Sequence record: SRR2962707_3478
Length of the DNA: 32,605 nt
Reading direction: 5' to 3' (one strand)
The translations under genes were made by a program, and so were the position numbers. Shown here piece by piece: positions 18,356 to 28,456 of this stretch (positions are counted from its first letter, which is position 1; the number at the start of each line of letters is the position of its first letter). Below the pieces are notes generated by a model, which was given only the letters and a program-made list of their open reading frames with translations, had not been told where the DNA came from and did no database searches.

Positions 18356-19549
18356 TTAAACTACCCCTAATTTCTTCCCAACTTCGGTAAAGGCATTTAT
18401 GGCTCTATCCAAGTGTTCTCGGGTATGCGCAGCCGATAATTGAACTCTAATTCGAGCTTTTTCTTTAGGTACAACAGGGTAGAAAAATCCTATAACATAT
18501 ATTCCTTTTTCTAAAAGCTCATCGGCCATAGTCTGCGATAATTTGGCATCATAAAGCATTACTGGAACTATTGCTGAATCTCCGTCAATGATATCAAAAC
18601 CCGCATTTTTCATTCCTTTTTTGAAATATTTTGTGTTTTCTTCAAGTTTATCTCTAAGTTCTGTACTTTTTGACAACATGTCGAAAACTTTTATTGATGC
18701 GCCAACTATATTCGGTGCTAGAGAATTTGAGAATAAATATGGACGAGAACGCTGACGTAAAATTTCTATAATTTCTTTCTTTCCGGTAGTATAACCACCC
18801 ATTGCCCCACCAAGTGCTTTTCCAAGGGTTCCTGTTATAATATCAATTCTATCTAGCACTCCTTTTTCTTCCAAAGTACCTCTTCCTGTCTCTCCAATAA
18901 AACCTGTAGCATGACATTCGTCTATCATTACTAAGGCATCATATTTGTCTGCTAGATCACAAATTTTATCCAGAGGAGCAACCAAGCCGTCCATAGAAAA
19001 TACTCCGTCTGTTACAATTATTTTAAAGCGTGATCCGTCTGCATTTGCTTGTTGTAATTGTTTTTCGAGATCTGCCATATCGCTATTTTGATAACGGTAG
19101 CGTTTTGCCTTGCATAATCTAACCCCATCAATTATAGATGCATGATTTAAGGAATCTGAAATAATAGCATCTTCGGCAGTTAGTAAAGGTTCAAAAATAC
19201 CTCCATTAGCATCAAAAGCGGCTGCATAAAGAATGGTGTCTTCAGTTCCGTAGAATTCGGCTATTTTTCCCTCAAGTTCCTTGTGGATGTCTTGTGTACC
19301 ACAGATAAAGCGTACCGAAGACATTCCGAAGCCATGAGAATCTAATGTGTCTTTTGCTGCCTGAATTACCTCTGGGTGTGATGATAAGCCAAGGTAATTG
19401 TTTGCACAAAAGTTTAATACCGTTTCTCCAGTATCAACAGTAATTTCTGCTCCTTGTTTGGACGTTATAATGCGTTCTTTCTTATAAAGTCCTGCCTCTT
19501 TAATATCGGCTAATTCTTGTTCTAGGTGTTCTTTTATTTTTCCGTACAT
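18356..19549 (-). CDS. kbl: Glycine C-acetyltransferase (2-amino-3-ketobutyrate CoA ligase)
   Basis: [41 protein letters not shown] lysine in [19 protein letters not shown]. Confidence 0.97.
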   Translation of the reverse strand: MYGKIKEHLEQELADIKEAGLYKKERIITSKQGAEITVDTGETVLNFCANNYLGLSSHPEVIQAAKDTLDSHGFGMSSVRFICGTQDIHKELEGKIAEFYGTEDTILYAAAFDANGGIFEPLLTAEDAIISDSLNHASIIDGVRLCKAKRYRYQNSDMADLEKQLQQANADGSRFKIIVTDGVFSMDGLVAPLDKICDLADKYDALVMIDECHATGFIGETGRGTLEEKGVLDRIDIITGTLGKALGGAMGGYTTGKKEIIEILRQRSRPYLFSNSLAPNIVGASIKVFDMLSKSTELRDKLEENTKYFKKGMKNAGFDIIDGDSAIVPVMLYDAKLSQTMADELLEKGIYVIGFFYPVVPKEKARIRVQLSAAHTREHLDRAINAFTEVGKKLGVV

Positions 19550-19565
19550 GGTATTCTGTTTTTTG

Positions 19566-19573
19566 CAAAGTTA
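19566..19573 (-). promoter_or_regulatory. -7 promoter element for kbl
   Basis: Minus strand TAACTTTG(CA), 16 nt upstream of the ATG. Confidence 0.6.
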
Positions 19574-19587
19574 TAGGATTATTGGAA

Positions 19588-22500
19588 CTATACCTTTATA
19601 ATTTCAATATTCTCATTTACGAAAACCAATAATTTTTCTTTCACTTCGTAACCAATTTCAGAAATAGCGCTTGCGTATCCTTTTATTTGGTTTTTATAAG
19701 TTTCAGAAAAAGAACCAGTTTTATAATCAATAATAGTTACTTCGTTGTTTTTAACAACAAATCTATCTGGACGAAGAAAAACTCCATCGGCAGTAATAAT
19801 TTCACGTTCATTAAAAATTTTATATGCTGAAGTAAAGTAGGCTTCTAGCATAGGATGTTGAGTTAAATTTGTAAGATAATTTTCAAATTGTTCTTTTTCA
19901 GTCTCAGGAATTAAGCCATTTCCTATAGCCTCTTCAATGGTTGGAATTACATCATGACTGAAGAATATTTTAGATAATAAATGATGATAAATATTTCCTT
20001 TATCTATAGCTCTTTGCTGCTTTGTATCCCATAGAGAGCCACTTTTAGTAATTAATTCAAAGGAGTTTCCAAAGGAAGCATTGGATATAAACGGAATATC
20101 TTCAGAAGTACTCAAGTGTTTCTTTTTTACTTCTGAATGTTTTTCTGGAGCTCCAAGAGTGTATTCTGTGTTGTTATCATTCCAAAGTCCTTCAGCTTTT
20201 AAAAAGTTAATGAAGAGTCCCGCAAAAGTTTTTACATTTTCCTCTCCTTTTGTATTAATTTCTCTTTTGCAAATTATATGAAGTTGCTCTACAGCGCGCG
20301 TTAATGTAACATATAATAGGTTTAAATTATCGAGCTCTTCTTTTTCCTCATACTCTTTAACAAACAGTTTTCCTGTGTCGTTTATGTTTTCAATAGCGCT
20401 TTTAGAATTAAAGAGACTGTAGTCTATTCCAAAAAGGTTTTTATCAACTGGAAACCATAAATTAAAGTTCCGAGAGTCGTAAATACTAGTGTTTGCAAAA
20501 GGATAAATTACCACAGGAAATTCAAGACCCTTAGATTTATGGATGGTCATTAGTTGAATAGCATTTGAAGACGATGGAGCCACAATGCTTAAACTATCTT
20601 GCTTTTGTTCCCAATAGGCTAGAAAGTTACTCAAACTGTCGTTGTTGTTTTGTGTAAAAGATATTATTTCATCTAAAAAGAACTGTAAGTAAGCTTCGTT
20701 GCCATTACTAATTTCAAACGCATTAATAGCATATTCTACTGCGTTATAAAAAGGGAGTTGTAGGAAATATTTGGTATTAAAGTTCTCTTCTTCGAATACT
20801 GAATTTATATCGGAGAGCTTTTTACTGTAATATTCGTGTAGGTTTTCTACCTTATTTTTTTCAGCTAAAAAACGCAATATCTTTAAGTGAATTTCAGCGT
20901 CTAATGGTTGATTAAAATACGTAATTAAATCTATTAAAAAAGCTACTTTTTTATCGTTTTTAAGAAGTAAAGTCTCCGAAGAAATAATTGGAATTTCTTG
21001 TTCAGCTAGATAGTTTGCAATAGTAATTCCTTGTGCTTTAGATCTAGTTATAATACACATATCATTGTATGTAAATCCTTTTTCTAGAGATGAGGAAATG
21101 GCATTTTGAGTGGCTGTACAATAGAGATTATCCTCACTTTCTTTATTCTCTTTTTCGTTTATAAAAGTAAGATTAATAAAACCTCCAGCTTTGTTGTTAG
21201 TTTCTTGTTTACTGTATTTTTCAAACAGTTCTCTATAGGTTTCGTTATTTAAGTATTGAGAAATATGCTGAAAAAAGTTGTTGTTGAATTCTACTATTTT
21301 GTCATGACTACGGAAGTTTTTAGGCAGATTTTCAACATTTATTTCCGCTTGAAATGGATTCTTTTTATTGTACAAATCTATAAATTGTTCTGCTTTTCCA
21401 CCTCTCCATCTATAAATAGCCTGTTTAGCATCTCCAACAATCATTAAACTTCCAGTTTTTCCGCTTGGTAATTCGGCTTCTAGCGCGTTAGAAATTAAAG
21501 GTTGAATGTTTTTCCATTGCATAGAAGAGGTGTCTTGAAACTCGTCTATAAAATAGTGCTTGTATTTCTCTCCAATGCGCTCATAAATAAAGGGAGCAGG
21601 CTGGTTGGCAATAGCAGAAGAAATGAGCCTATTGAATTCGGAGATTAACAATAAGTTACGTTCTTCTTTAATTTTATTAAGCTCCGCATTTATAGCATTT
21701 AAAAGAGATAATGGAACTAAATTTTTATAAAAGTTTTTTAGAAAGTTTAATTGACCGAAGTGATTTTTAATTTCTAAGTAATTTTCTAACAGAAAAGGTC
21801 TTATCTCATCTATTGTAGACTTAATACTGTCGTTGGTGGTTTTAGTGTATAGTTGGCTATTGTTAATTAAATTTTCTTCTAACTTATTTTCATATAATCT
21901 AGCAATATTATTTTCAATTATTTTAATGAAATGATTATATAAAGTTCCGCGGTTAAAAGAGGAGGCATCAAGCTGATTTGAGTGTAATTTTTCAATTACG
22001 TTTTTTGCTTTACTTGTAATTGCAGTTTCCAGCTCAGCAATCAGTTCTTTTAGTTGTTTTCCTAGCGCTTTAAAATCTTCTAAATTTTTGCTTTCTAAGG
22101 CTTCAATATGGTGTATGTATTCTTCGTTAGAAAGTAGCTTGGCAATTTCGTTTAACTCTCTAGAGATATCCCAACTTTTATCATCATCGGTTTTTTCTAA
22201 TGCAAAATCTATTAAAACATCGGTAAGAAGTTTGTTGTTTCCTGCCTGATAGATTAGATTGTCTACCGCCTCATGGGTTAATGTTTTTTCGTCTAAAGAA
22301 ACTTCAAAATTAGTGGGGAGTTTTAAATCAAATGCAAAAGTTCGAAGCAATCTATGGTTAAATTTATCAATTGTTACAATATCAAAAAAGGCATAGTTGT
22401 GTAGAATTCTTGTAAGTATTTTCTTGGATCTAGCATTTAATTCTTCTTCAGAAATAGCAAGTTCTTCACTAATAATAGAAAAAAGGGGTGTAGGTTTGGT

Positions 22501-22716
22501 TAGAATACTCTCCTGAGAGAATTCATATAAATTATTTAGCACCCGCTCCTTCATTTCATTTACCGCTTTATTTGTAAATGTGATAGCCAAAACTTGCTTG
22601 AAAGTGTCTATGTTTGAAGTACTCAGAAGGATGCTTAAGTACTTTTTTACAAGCGTAAAAGTTTTTCCAGAGCCAGCAGAGGCATTATATATTTGAAAAG
22701 GTGCAGAATTCAACAT
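19588..22716 (-). CDS. AddA-like UvrD-family helicase-nuclease
   Basis: Walker A ASAGSGKT, ITFTNKA, DEFQD, VGDAKQAIYRWRG, NFRS, TIHKSKGLEF, YVTLTRA; C-terminal RPDR...IIDYKTG nuclease. ATG 22716 preferred. Confidence 0.92.
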   Translation of the reverse strand: MLNSAPFQIYNASAGSGKTFTLVKKYLSILLSTSNIDTFKQVLAITFTNKAVNEMKERVLNNLYEFSQESILTKPTPLFSIISEELAISEEELNARSKKILTRILHNYAFFDIVTIDKFNHRLLRTFAFDLKLPTNFEVSLDEKTLTHEAVDNLIYQAGNNKLLTDVLIDFALEKTDDDKSWDISRELNEIAKLLSNEEYIHHIEALESKNLEDFKALGKQLKELIAELETAITSKAKNVIEKLHSNQLDASSFNRGTLYNHFIKIIENNIARLYENKLEENLINNSQLYTKTTNDSIKSTIDEIRPFLLENYLEIKNHFGQLNFLKNFYKNLVPLSLLNAINAELNKIKEERNLLLISEFNRLISSAIANQPAPFIYERIGEKYKHYFIDEFQDTSSMQWKNIQPLISNALEAELPSGKTGSLMIVGDAKQAIYRWRGGKAEQFIDLYNKKNPFQAEINVENLPKNFRSHDKIVEFNNNFFQHISQYLNNETYRELFEKYSKQETNNKAGGFINLTFINEKENKESEDNLYCTATQNAISSSLEKGFTYNDMCIITRSKAQGITIANYLAEQEIPIISSETLLLKNDKKVAFLIDLITYFNQPLDAEIHLKILRFLAEKNKVENLHEYYSKKLSDINSVFEEENFNTKYFLQLPFYNAVEYAINAFEISNGNEAYLQFFLDEIISFTQNNNDSLSNFLAYWEQKQDSLSIVAPSSSNAIQLMTIHKSKGLEFPVVIYPFANTSIYDSRNFNLWFPVDKNLFGIDYSLFNSKSAIENINDTGKLFVKEYEEKEELDNLNLLYVTLTRAVEQLHIICKREINTKGEENVKTFAGLFINFLKAEGLWNDNNTEYTLGAPEKHSEVKKKHLSTSEDIPFISNASFGNSFELITKSGSLWDTKQQRAIDKGNIYHHLLSKIFFSHDVIPTIEEAIGNGLIPETEKEQFENYLTNLTQHPMLEAYFTSAYKIFNEREIITADGVFLRPDRFVVKNNEVTIIDYKTGSFSETYKNQIKGYASAISEIGYEVKEKLLVFVNENIEIIKV

Positions 22717-22791
22717 AAAAAGTTTATTGCAAAATAAGGAAACTCTATGAGGTATTAACAAATTATTACCATGTTTTCCGAAGCTTTTTCT

Positions 22792-22799
22792 TAAATTTG
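22792..22799 (+). promoter_or_regulatory. -7 promoter element for sod
   Basis: TAAATTTG, 34 nt upstream of the ATG. Confidence 0.55.
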
Positions 22800-22833
22800 A
22801 AGAACTAATATTATTAACTAAAAAAAGATAAAA

Positions 22834-23442
22834 ATGGCTTTTGATTTACCAAAATTACCGTACGCATACGACGCATTAGAACCACATATTGATGCAAGAA
22901 CTATGGAAATTCACCATACAAAACATCACCAAGGATATACAAGCAAATTAAATGATGCTATTAAAGGTACAGATTTAGAAGGAAAATCTATTGAAGAGAT
23001 TCTTAAAAATCTAGACATGAATAATGGTGCTGTTAGAAATAACGGGGGAGGATTTTTTAACCACAGTCTTTTCTGGGAAGTAATGTCTCCAAACGGTGGT
23101 GGAGAACCATCTGGAGAATTAGCAGAAGCAATTAATAGCGCTTTTGGTTCTTTTGAAAAATTTAAAGAAGCTTTTACAACAGCTGCTGGAACTAGATTTG
23201 GTTCTGGATGGGCATGGTTATGTGTTCATAAAGGTGGAAAAGTAGAAGTTTGCTCTACACCAAACCAAGATAATTCTCTAATGCCAGGTGTTGGTTGCGG
23301 AGGAGATCCAATTTTAGGATTGGATGTTTGGGAGCACGCTTATTACTTAAATTACCAAAACAAGCGTCCTGATTATATCTCTGCATTTTTTAATGTAATT
23401 AATTGGGAGAAAGTAGCAGAACTTTATGCTTCTAAAAAATAA
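22834..23442 (+). CDS. sodA: Superoxide dismutase, Fe/Mn family (Mn-type signature)
   Basis: [39 protein letters not shown] and QD indicate the Mn type. Confidence 0.95.
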   Translation: MAFDLPKLPYAYDALEPHIDARTMEIHHTKHHQGYTSKLNDAIKGTDLEGKSIEEILKNLDMNNGAVRNNGGGFFNHSLFWEVMSPNGGGEPSGELAEAINSAFGSFEKFKEAFTTAAGTRFGSGWAWLCVHKGGKVEVCSTPNQDNSLMPGVGCGGDPILGLDVWEHAYYLNYQNKRPDYISAFFNVINWEKVAELYASKK

Positions 23443-23475
23443 ATAATAGGCTAGAATTAGCAGATTAAAATTTTT

Positions 23476-23512
23476 AAAAACAGCTATCTCAAAATGAGGT
23501 GGCTGTTTTTTT
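23476..23512. terminator. Bidirectional terminator between sodA and the DUF4421 gene
   Basis: AAAAACAGCTATCTCA-AAA-TGAGGTGGCTGTTTTT stem (two G-U pairs on the + strand) flanked by A and T tracts. Confidence 0.8.
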
Positions 23513-24551
23513 ATAAACCAACTTTTTGTTGTAGTTGATTCATTTTTTCTAATACTTTCTTGGGAGCATCAAACCGATAGCCAATATGGAATTCTACATA
23601 CGCATGTTGGTCGGAAAGTTTGTTGTTTCCATCTGTATTATGGTTAAAAGATTGAGAATTGAGACTTACACCAGTAAAGAAATTAGGAATATTATATCCT
23701 AAACCTAAGGTTACTTGCCCTTGGTAATTTAAGCCATCCATGCTTGTGGTAACATTATTAGATTTAGAAGTTATGTGGCTGTAACCAACCCCCAAATGTG
23801 CACCAGAAGTAACTATAAACCGTTTGTTAATTACCCAATTGTAGAAATAAGAAGGACCGATGGTGATGTCTATAAATTTATCTTTATCAGAGGAGTCGTT
23901 AGAAATTCTGGAGTAATAATAGCTCAAAGTAGGCACAAAACTTCCTGCGCTTCTTTTTTGCCATTCATTTTGTTTAAAAATAGTTCTAAAAGAAAAGTTG
24001 TCATTAAAAATATAGGAAGTATTTCCGCCAATTCTAAGCACTTCAAAGTCGGGAAATATTATATTTGGTTCCCCAGGCGCAATATCGTTTAGGTCTACAT
24101 AAAATCCTTTTGTTTTGTTCCATTCTAGGTTTTGCATCCATTTTTTGTAGTAAAAACGTGTCCCTATGTTGAAAAAAGTAGTTTTTCCCTTTTCATCGTT
24201 GTCGTCATTAAATTTTAAAAAGGCTGGAGTGTATCCTATATTTATTTCTATAAATCTAAATAGTAATGAAATATTAGAGCGCAAACGTTGATTTGGAGCA
24301 ATAGTAACAGAAAAATCTTCCGAAGGAGTGGTAATCTCGTAAGAATTTGCTTCGTTAGTAAGACCTACGCGTAAGGTTATTTTATCTGGATATTTAGTAA
24401 TATTCCCTACTTCTACAGAGATGCTGTCTAGATTACTCTCTTGAGCTTTTAAGCTTAAAATAAAACTTAAGAAAATGATGAAAAAAAGAAAATCTTTTAA
24501 TTTCACAAAAGTAAAAATTAGATAGGTTGGTTTTGTAAAACTATAGAACAA
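23511..24551 (-). CDS. DUF4421 family putative outer membrane beta-barrel protein
   Basis: Signal peptide ending LKA-Q, alternating beta pattern, YIFNDNFSFR...QNEWQKRSAGS, IGYRF near the C-terminus. Start uncertain (GTG 24506 plausible). Confidence 0.75.
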   Translation of the reverse strand: MFYSFTKPTYLIFTFVKLKDFLFFIIFLSFILSLKAQESNLDSISVEVGNITKYPDKITLRVGLTNEANSYEITTPSEDFSVTIAPNQRLRSNISLLFRFIEINIGYTPAFLKFNDDNDEKGKTTFFNIGTRFYYKKWMQNLEWNKTKGFYVDLNDIAPGEPNIIFPDFEVLRIGGNTSYIFNDNFSFRTIFKQNEWQKRSAGSFVPTLSYYYSRISNDSSDKDKFIDITIGPSYFYNWVINKRFIVTSGAHLGVGYSHITSKSNNVTTSMDGLNYQGQVTLGLGYNIPNFFTGVSLNSQSFNHNTDGNNKLSDQHAYVEFHIGYRFDAPKKVLEKMNQLQQKVGL

Positions 24552-24733
24552 TTGTGTAGTTTCCTAATATTCTGTTAAGCTTGTTCTAGAAGTGTTAACT
24601 CATTCCTAATCAGTAGGAAGTATTTATTCAATTTTATATCTTTAAAATACCTATTCGTGCCTATTTAGTTATTGTAATGCAATTATGTAGCCTTGTTACA
24701 CTTCTTATTTTGTTTAATTTGAATGCATTATAC

Positions 24734-27268
24734 ATGGAGAATAACATTTTTCAAAAAAGTATATATTTTATTCTGTTGGTTGTATTTTTTATTTCCTGCG
24801 GAACTCAAAAACAGTCTCAAACTTCTGAGGTAGGAATGTCGTTTGAGCCAACTGAGCCTTATGATAAAGTTATTCCTGAAGGTTCAGAGTCTAAAAAAGG
24901 TCTTTTTACAGTTCATAAAGTAAACGAGGATTACTATTTTGAAATTCCAGATAGTTTGCTAAATAGAGAAATATTGGTAGTTACGAGGTTTATAAAAACC
25001 CCTGGAGGTGCTGGGAATTATGGGGGGGAAGAAATTGGAGAGAAAACTATATTTTTTGAAAAAGGGCCTTCTAATAAAATATTCCTTAGAGTGGCTACTT
25101 TTGTAAGTCAGGCTAATGAAGAAGATGCTATTGCAAAAGCTGTAAATAACTCTAATGTTACCCCTATTTTAGAAGCTTTTGATGTAAAAGCTAGAAATGA
25201 GGAAAATGCTGCTTCTGTTATAAAAGTTACCGATTTTATAAATAGTGAAAACAATCTTTTAGCTCTAAGTGCATCGCAAAAAGAGACTTATAATTTAACT
25301 TCTTTGGAAAAAGACAAGTCTTATATTTCAACAATAAATAGTTATCCTATAAATACAGAAGTTAAGACGGTTAAAACGTATAATGCAAGCATAGCTCACA
25401 ATAATAAAAAGAGTCTTCCTGCTGCTGCCTTGTCGGGAGTTGTTACTTTAGAGCTAAATAACTCTTTTATTTTATTGCCTAAAGAGCCAATGAAAAAGCG
25501 TTTTTATGATCCCCGAGTAGGGTATTTTGCTAGTTCTTATCTTTTGTATGGCGATAATCAACAAAAAGTAGATAAAAATATTTATATCCATAGATGGCGA
25601 TTAGAACCAAAAGCGGAGGATATTGAAAAATGGAGACGAGGCGAATTAGTGGAGCCTAAAAAGCAAATTGTATATTATATAGATCCTGCTACGCCAAAAA
25701 AATGGAGACCTTATCTTATTCAAGGGATTAACGATTGGCAAAAAGCATTTGAGCAGGCTGGTTTTAAAAATGCAATTGTAGGAAAAGAATGGCCAGAAGC
25801 TAACGATTCTATGAGCTTGGAAGATGCTCGGTTTTCTGTTTTGAGATATTTTGCTTCGCCTTCTAAAAATGCATATGGTCCTAATATTGTTGACCCAAGA
25901 AGTGGGGAAATTTTAGAAAGTCATATGGGGTGGTATCATAATTTAATGAACCTACTTCATAATTGGTATTTAATTCAGGCAGGTGCTGTAGATGAAAGAG
26001 CAAGGAAAATGACATTTGATGAGGAGCTGATGGGAGAGCTTATTCGTTTTGTTTCCTCGCATGAAGTAGGGCATACCCTCGGACTAAGGCATAATATGGG
26101 TGCAAGTTATGCAACACCTGTAGAGCGTTTGAGAGATAATGAGTGGCTCAACAAAAACGGACACACCAGTTCTATTATGGATTATGCACGTTTTAATTAT
26201 GTGGCGCAACCAGAGGATAGTGTTTCTGTTGAAAATTTAATGCCTAGAATTGGAGATTATGATAAATGGGCAATTCAATGGGGATATTCGCAATTTCCAG
26301 ATAGTCTTTCTTCAGAAAAAGAAAAAGAGCAACTAAGTACCATGGTTGTAGATAGTATTTCTAAAAATCCGAGACTGTGGTTTGGAGGAGAGGGTCGCGA
26401 TTTTGATCCGCGTTCTCAAACGGAAGATTTAGGAGATAATGCTATGGTTGCCTCTTTCTACGGAATTCAAAATTTACAACGTGTGGTTCCAAATTTAATG
26501 GAATGGACTAAAGATGAGTCAGGAAAAAGTTATAAGGATTTAGGAGAAATATATAATGATGTGGTAAAGCAATACAGTAATTATTTGTTTCATGTGGCCA
26601 AAAATATTGGTGGGATTTATGTTACGCCAAAATCTAATAATGAAGAGGGAGATGTGTATAGGCCTGTTTCTAAAGCGAAGCAAAAAGAAGCATTATTATT
26701 TATTGATAAATATGTTTTTAATGAGCCTACTTGGCTTTTAAATGATGAAATTTTAAATAAAATTGAAGAACCAAATACCAAAAATTCCACTACCGAAATG
26801 ATGGAGAGTTTAATGATGACACTTTTGGGAGGAAGTAGAATGAGTAGAATTTCTTTTATTGCAGATAGGTATAATTTTAACGATCCATATACTCCAGAAG
26901 AATACCTGAATGATGTAAGCAGTTATATTTGGAGTGATTTAGATGTGTTTTATAGTCCAAATGATTATGAACGAAAGCTTCAGAAAACCTATGTTTCGGA
27001 TATGATAGCTTTGTACAAGCCAGATGAAGCACAAGGGCCATTGGCCGGATTAATGGCAAAACTTTCTGAAGAAAAAACAGCTAATACAGATATTAGGGCA
27101 TTGGCTTTAAATAATTTAATTAACCTAGAAAGGAGAATAAAAAACCTCCTTCCTAGTGTTTCAGATAGGATTTCAAGAGCACATCTTCAGTATTTATTAA
27201 AAGAAATTGAAGCGGTGGTGGGCGATACAAATTCTATGGAGCAGAGCTACCGTCCGATTAAAAATTAA
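24734..27268 (+). CDS. Zinc-dependent metalloprotease lipoprotein (DUF5117/DUF4953-type metzincin)
   Basis: Lipobox FFISC; HEVGHTLGLRH zinc motif; Met-turn SSIMDY; DPRVGYF and DPRSGEIL family motifs. Confidence 0.92.
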   Translation: MENNIFQKSIYFILLVVFFISCGTQKQSQTSEVGMSFEPTEPYDKVIPEGSESKKGLFTVHKVNEDYYFEIPDSLLNREILVVTRFIKTPGGAGNYGGEEIGEKTIFFEKGPSNKIFLRVATFVSQANEEDAIAKAVNNSNVTPILEAFDVKARNEENAASVIKVTDFINSENNLLALSASQKETYNLTSLEKDKSYISTINSYPINTEVKTVKTYNASIAHNNKKSLPAAALSGVVTLELNNSFILLPKEPMKKRFYDPRVGYFASSYLLYGDNQQKVDKNIYIHRWRLEPKAEDIEKWRRGELVEPKKQIVYYIDPATPKKWRPYLIQGINDWQKAFEQAGFKNAIVGKEWPEANDSMSLEDARFSVLRYFASPSKNAYGPNIVDPRSGEILESHMGWYHNLMNLLHNWYLIQAGAVDERARKMTFDEELMGELIRFVSSHEVGHTLGLRHNMGASYATPVERLRDNEWLNKNGHTSSIMDYARFNYVAQPEDSVSVENLMPRIGDYDKWAIQWGYSQFPDSLSSEKEKEQLSTMVVDSISKNPRLWFGGEGRDFDPRSQTEDLGDNAMVASFYGIQNLQRVVPNLMEWTKDESGKSYKDLGEIYNDVVKQYSNYLFHVAKNIGGIYVTPKSNNEEGDVYRPVSKAKQKEALLFIDKYVFNEPTWLLNDEILNKIEEPNTKNSTTEMMESLMMTLLGGSRMSRISFIADRYNFNDPYTPEEYLNDVSSYIWSDLDVFYSPNDYERKLQKTYVSDMIALYKPDEAQGPLAGLMAKLSEEKTANTDIRALALNNLINLERRIKNLLPSVSDRISRAHLQYLLKEIEAVVGDTNSMEQSYRPIKN

Positions 27269-27356
27269 GTAGGAAATCTACATCTTATTCTGTAAGTTTT
27301 TATATAATTATCGACCATAAAAGGTACATTTTATACTAATAAAACTAGATAATTAT

Positions 27357-28373
27357 ATGTCTCAAAATATATTACAAAATACTAAATTTTCAGTTTTAGA
27401 TTTAGTACCAATTCCTCAAGGAAAACAACATATAGAAGCTATTGAGAATAGTTTGGATTTAGCGCAACACGCCGAAAAATATGGATACAACCGTTTTTGG
27501 GTTTCCGAGCACCATAATATGGAAAGTATTGTAAGTTCTGCAACAGTTGTATTATTAGGTTATTTGGCACAAGGAACTTCTACCATCCGAATTGGTTCTG
27601 GAGGTGTAATGTTGCCAAACCATGCGCCGCTTATTGTAGCGGAACAATTTGGAACCTTGGCAACTTTATATCCTAACCGGATTGATTTAGGTTTAGGAAG
27701 AGCTCCAGGAACAGATCAACTTACAGCACAGGCATTAAGGAGAGGAAAACAAGAAAGTGTTCAAGATTTTCCGAATGATATTGAGGAATTACAGCAGTAT
27801 TTTTCTATAGAAAATCAAGATTCTAAAGTACGTGCTATTCCAGGGGAGGGTCTTGATATTCCGATTTACTTATTGGGTTCTAGTACTTTTAGTGCGCAAT
27901 TAGCTGCTGAAAAGGGACTGCCATACGCTTTTGCGAGTCATTTTGCACCTGCGCAATTATTTAATGCCCTCAATTTATATGCTGAAGGATTTAAAGCTTC
28001 CGAAGAAAATAAAACCCCTTATCCAATGGCTTGTGTAAATGTTATAGCCGCCGAAACAGATGAGGAAGCACAGCGTTTAGCAACAAGTTTATATCAGTTT
28101 GCAATGGGAATAATTACAAATACCCGCCGACCATTACCGCCACCAATTGATTCGATGGATGGAGTTTGGAGTATGGAACAAGAAGCCATGATAAAAAATA
28201 TGATGTATTTTACTTTTATTGGCTCTAAAAATACAATTGCAAGCGAGCTATCTAAGTTTGTGGAAAGTACAGGTGTAAAAGAAATTATTGCTGTTTCACA
28301 CATCTACAATCATGAAGCGCGCTTAAAATCCTATAAAATTTTAAGTGATATTTTTTCTGAAACTACTGCTTAA
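27357..28373 (+). CDS. LLM class flavin-dependent oxidoreductase (luciferase-like, YhbW type)
   Basis: [47 protein letters not shown]. Confidence 0.93.
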   Translation: MSQNILQNTKFSVLDLVPIPQGKQHIEAIENSLDLAQHAEKYGYNRFWVSEHHNMESIVSSATVVLLGYLAQGTSTIRIGSGGVMLPNHAPLIVAEQFGTLATLYPNRIDLGLGRAPGTDQLTAQALRRGKQESVQDFPNDIEELQQYFSIENQDSKVRAIPGEGLDIPIYLLGSSTFSAQLAAEKGLPYAFASHFAPAQLFNALNLYAEGFKASEENKTPYPMACVNVIAAETDEEAQRLATSLYQFAMGIITNTRRPLPPPIDSMDGVWSMEQEAMIKNMMYFTFIGSKNTIASELSKFVESTGVKEIIAVSHIYNHEARLKSYKILSDIFSETTA

Positions 28374-28379
28374 AATTAC

Positions 28380-28456
28380 TCAATAATTAAGCTACATTGG
28401 AGCAAGCCCTTTGTTAAACTCAGGGCAGGCTTTGGAGCATTTAGCTTAATTATTGA
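28380..28456. terminator. Long inverted repeat between convergent genes, interrupted by an insert
   Basis: TCAATAATTAAGCTA (28380-28394) and TAGCTTAATTATTGA (28442-28456) are a perfect 15-bp inverted repeat. Confidence 0.6.
28405..28431. repeat. 27-bp REP-like insert flanked by 8-bp direct repeats
   Basis: TTGGAGCA (28397-28404), then AGCCCTTTGTTAAACTCAGGGCAGGCT, then TTGGAGCA (28432-28439). Confidence 0.6.

Noticed and set aside
18356..19549. kbl as serine palmitoyltransferase or BioF; missing adjacent tdh
   Set aside because: [10 protein letters not shown] and [11 protein letters not shown] are Kbl-type motifs, and an unlinked threonine dehydrogenase is unremarkable.
13989..22716. Helicase plus PD-(D/E)XK nuclease as an anti-phage defence or Cas4 system
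   Set aside because: Sizes and motifs fit AddAB-type repair proteins among housekeeping genes, with no cas genes, array or island features.
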